Below, one piece after another: positions 63,201-64,000 of a stretch of DNA of 64,000 bases. How positions within the stretch are numbered: position 1 is the stretch's first letter; every line of letters starts with the position of its first letter. Both the position numbers and the translations under genes were made by a program. The notes under the pieces were generated by a model, which had not been told where the DNA came from, did not search any database, and worked only from the letters and a program-made list of their open reading frames with translations. Origin of the DNA: Eledone cirrhosa (taxonomy: Eukaryota); the NCBI GenBank assembly GCA_964016885.1, contig OZ024741.1, positions 160,146,001 to 160,210,000 of the forward strand, read 5' to 3'.

Positions 63201-64000
63201 TAAAGTGCTAATCCGTCTACTGTAGGCTTTGCTTGTCGGTAACGACAAGTTCAGCTTCCAGTAGCCGGGTCCTTGTCTATGGGTTCTATCAAGGTTGGCC
63301 ATGCAGGTCACTAGTTTGTGATCTGAATAGGCAACCATGAACATTTGTGGACAGCTTAACATGTCCCTATCCTTATTTCTAACTAGAACCCTATCTAGGT
63401 ACGATCTAGATGTTCCGCTACGATTACTCCACGTCCACATTGGCGCAGTCGGAAAATCTAGTCGATATCTATCGGCCAGGTCAAATCGGTCGATTAACTG
63501 TTTGAGGCTGTTACACCCCCCTTTGTCGGGACATGCTCCCACATAGTCCCAACGTGCATCTAGGATTCCATTCCAGTCCCCCACTAAAAGCAAGGAGCGG
63601 GACGTTCCCAGAAAAGTCTCTAGACGTTTGAAGAAGTCTGGCCGCGGTGTCCCGGATGGGGCATATGCGGCCACCAGCCTGAAGGCTCCACCTTCACTAC
63701 CGTCAACGTCTAGGACCACCAGTCGACCCTCCGGGTCCAGATGTACCGTCTGTGTTACGAGGCCCAGGTGTTTCCGCAGCAAAACGGCAACTCCGCCCCC
63801 ACCCCCCGGTTGACAGAGAGATGCGTAGATTTCAAAGTCATCGAAGATGGGGGCCAGCTGTCGCTCGCCGTGGATCCTGGACTCGCAAATGGCTACCACA
63901 TCCAAACTGTGTGACCTGAGGTCGTTTAAGAGTTTGCCCTGTTTCCAGGGCATCCCCAGGCCGCGTACGTTCACACATCCAACTCTTATATTGGCCATGT
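60297..64000 (-). mobile_element. L1/Tx1-like LINE copy A (ORF2 + about 240-bp 3' UTR + AATAAA + (TCTA)n tail); ORF1 and 5' end lie beyond the window
   Basis: ORF2 stop at 60561; 3' UTR homologous to copies B and C; TTTATT near 60327; (GATA)n at 60297-60320 on the + strand. Confidence 0.92.
60561..63998 (-). CDS. Non-LTR retrotransposon ORF2, L1/Tx1-type (APE endonuclease + reverse transcriptase + C-terminal Cys/His zinc-binding domain), apparently intact, 1145 aa
   Basis: Uninterrupted ORF. APE motifs VNVRGL, ICES, YAP, GDWN, YLDRV, SDH; Tx1/L1-like linker PGYWKLN; RT motifs KSPGLDGLPYEFY, FRPITLLN, LDQSKAFDRVDH, SIRQGCPLS, AYADD; C-terminal CPRC...ETVAHAFIHCP. Confidence 0.95.
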   Translation of the reverse strand: MANIRVGCVNVRGLGMPWKQGKLLNDLRSHSLDVVAICESRIHGERQLAPIFDDFEIYASLCQPGGGGGVAVLLRKHLGLVTQTVHLDPEGRLVVLDVDGSEGGAFRLVAAYAPSGTPRPDFFKRLETFLGTSRSLLLVGDWNGILDARWDYVGACPDKGGCNSLKQLIDRFDLADRYRLDFPTAPMWTWSNRSGTSRSYLDRVLVRNKDRDMLSCPQMFMVAYSDHKLVTCMANLDRTHRQGPGYWKLNLSLPTSKAYSRRISTLVKQHLTGAIVNNRWWYSLKRAVRLDSIVFSKELALDRNRTEKELVDKVEEAIRSGNVASVLATRTALDQFFDAKHEGCVVRSKIRALGNEGAKAVSWARVTEAKSGNKSTIRSLKDQNGRVIREPKQMCAAFQRHFARLFGGSGAPGEAMDFGPYLDGLPRLSDSGAKFCEKPISATEIGDALSQCGKRKSPGLDGLPYEFYVAMPDLFSGLLEAVYCNWQQNGRIPSSVTGGVVTLIRKDENKGDDIGNFRPITLLNTELQILAKVLAKRLALVVENLVGEAQTCAIPTRSIHDNLHLMRYIIERVGCKPGFGGALINLDQSKAFDRVDHRYLDAVLEAAGFGPVFRGWIAAMHNSNICSRVKVNGYLSEPFHITRSIRQGCPLSSLLYVLTLEPLLRKLELLQGIPLEPGLRKAASAYADDVTVMVSSASQIEEVGTLLKEYESLTGAKLNRDKSIGLQLGSWRGRPMPSDGVVGRWTEGPVKLLGVWFGPDLQVEKNWNEVTAKVFALTQKWAECKLSLKGRAEVANTFIASAIYYRLTVVPCPAKTLAKMERALFRFLWKRRAPLVRRSICCQHPSNGGLGMPWLTMRKHALRLRHLYVFLTGQPVWAPFVRRAFPRLVSLTELQSWVKQRPRKMGDWHIECAQALTALWQADPAISGDSTSSFYRGLVRSKCDDALGETLGVEEDELASLFGRTFRPGPMDNFQKSLAWQCYRGALPVRDKLYRHGRPGRDPAKKICPRCVRDEETVAHAFIHCPGVTDLWGYVERLLSRVGPIQLTTESIVMIKPPPSFKNEGEAVFLCVIAMAKEVVWWTRLKGLRSDTFLSGQQLILFFKYHFGRRIRMEREVLYPSKFYERWVKVARMARVNGPSLYISL

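Noticed and set aside
57049-63813. Plus-strand and alternate-frame ORFs overlapping the LINEs
   Set aside because: Antisense or shadow frames of GC-richer ORF2 sequence; no independent motifs.

Overview
A 64-kb, very AT-rich animal genomic window made almost entirely of repeats. The repeat content resembles an octopod cephalopod genome, which is an inference and not shown directly. I recognise no host protein-coding exon, and nearly all ORFs in the track are translations of microsatellites. Contents: large (TA)n, (CA)n, (TACA)n, (GATA)n and trinucleotide tracts; 52-bp and 56-bp minisatellites; many tRNA-derived SINE copies; Tc1/mariner-type MITEs; a non-autonomous Helitron; and an RTE-like short element family. 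Two things stand out. (1) A head-to-tail chain of three diverged L1/Tx1-type LINEs at 56.4-64 kb, one with an intact 1145-aa ORF2. Both internal junctions have the identical sequence CGTCCACCA|GATAGATAG, and that site also occurs inside the elements' own ORF2 (conserved WWT codons), suggesting self-targeting or site-specific template switching. (2) About ten sequence-distinct families of short elements embedded in (TA)n that carry type-I hammerhead ribozyme cores, one apparently intact at 46659-46706. They share a ribozyme -> AATAAA -> GAGYRCTY -> (TA)n layout and usually occur as inverted (fold-back) duplications. They look like a Penelope pLTR-derived or retrozyme-like system living in TA microsatellites.
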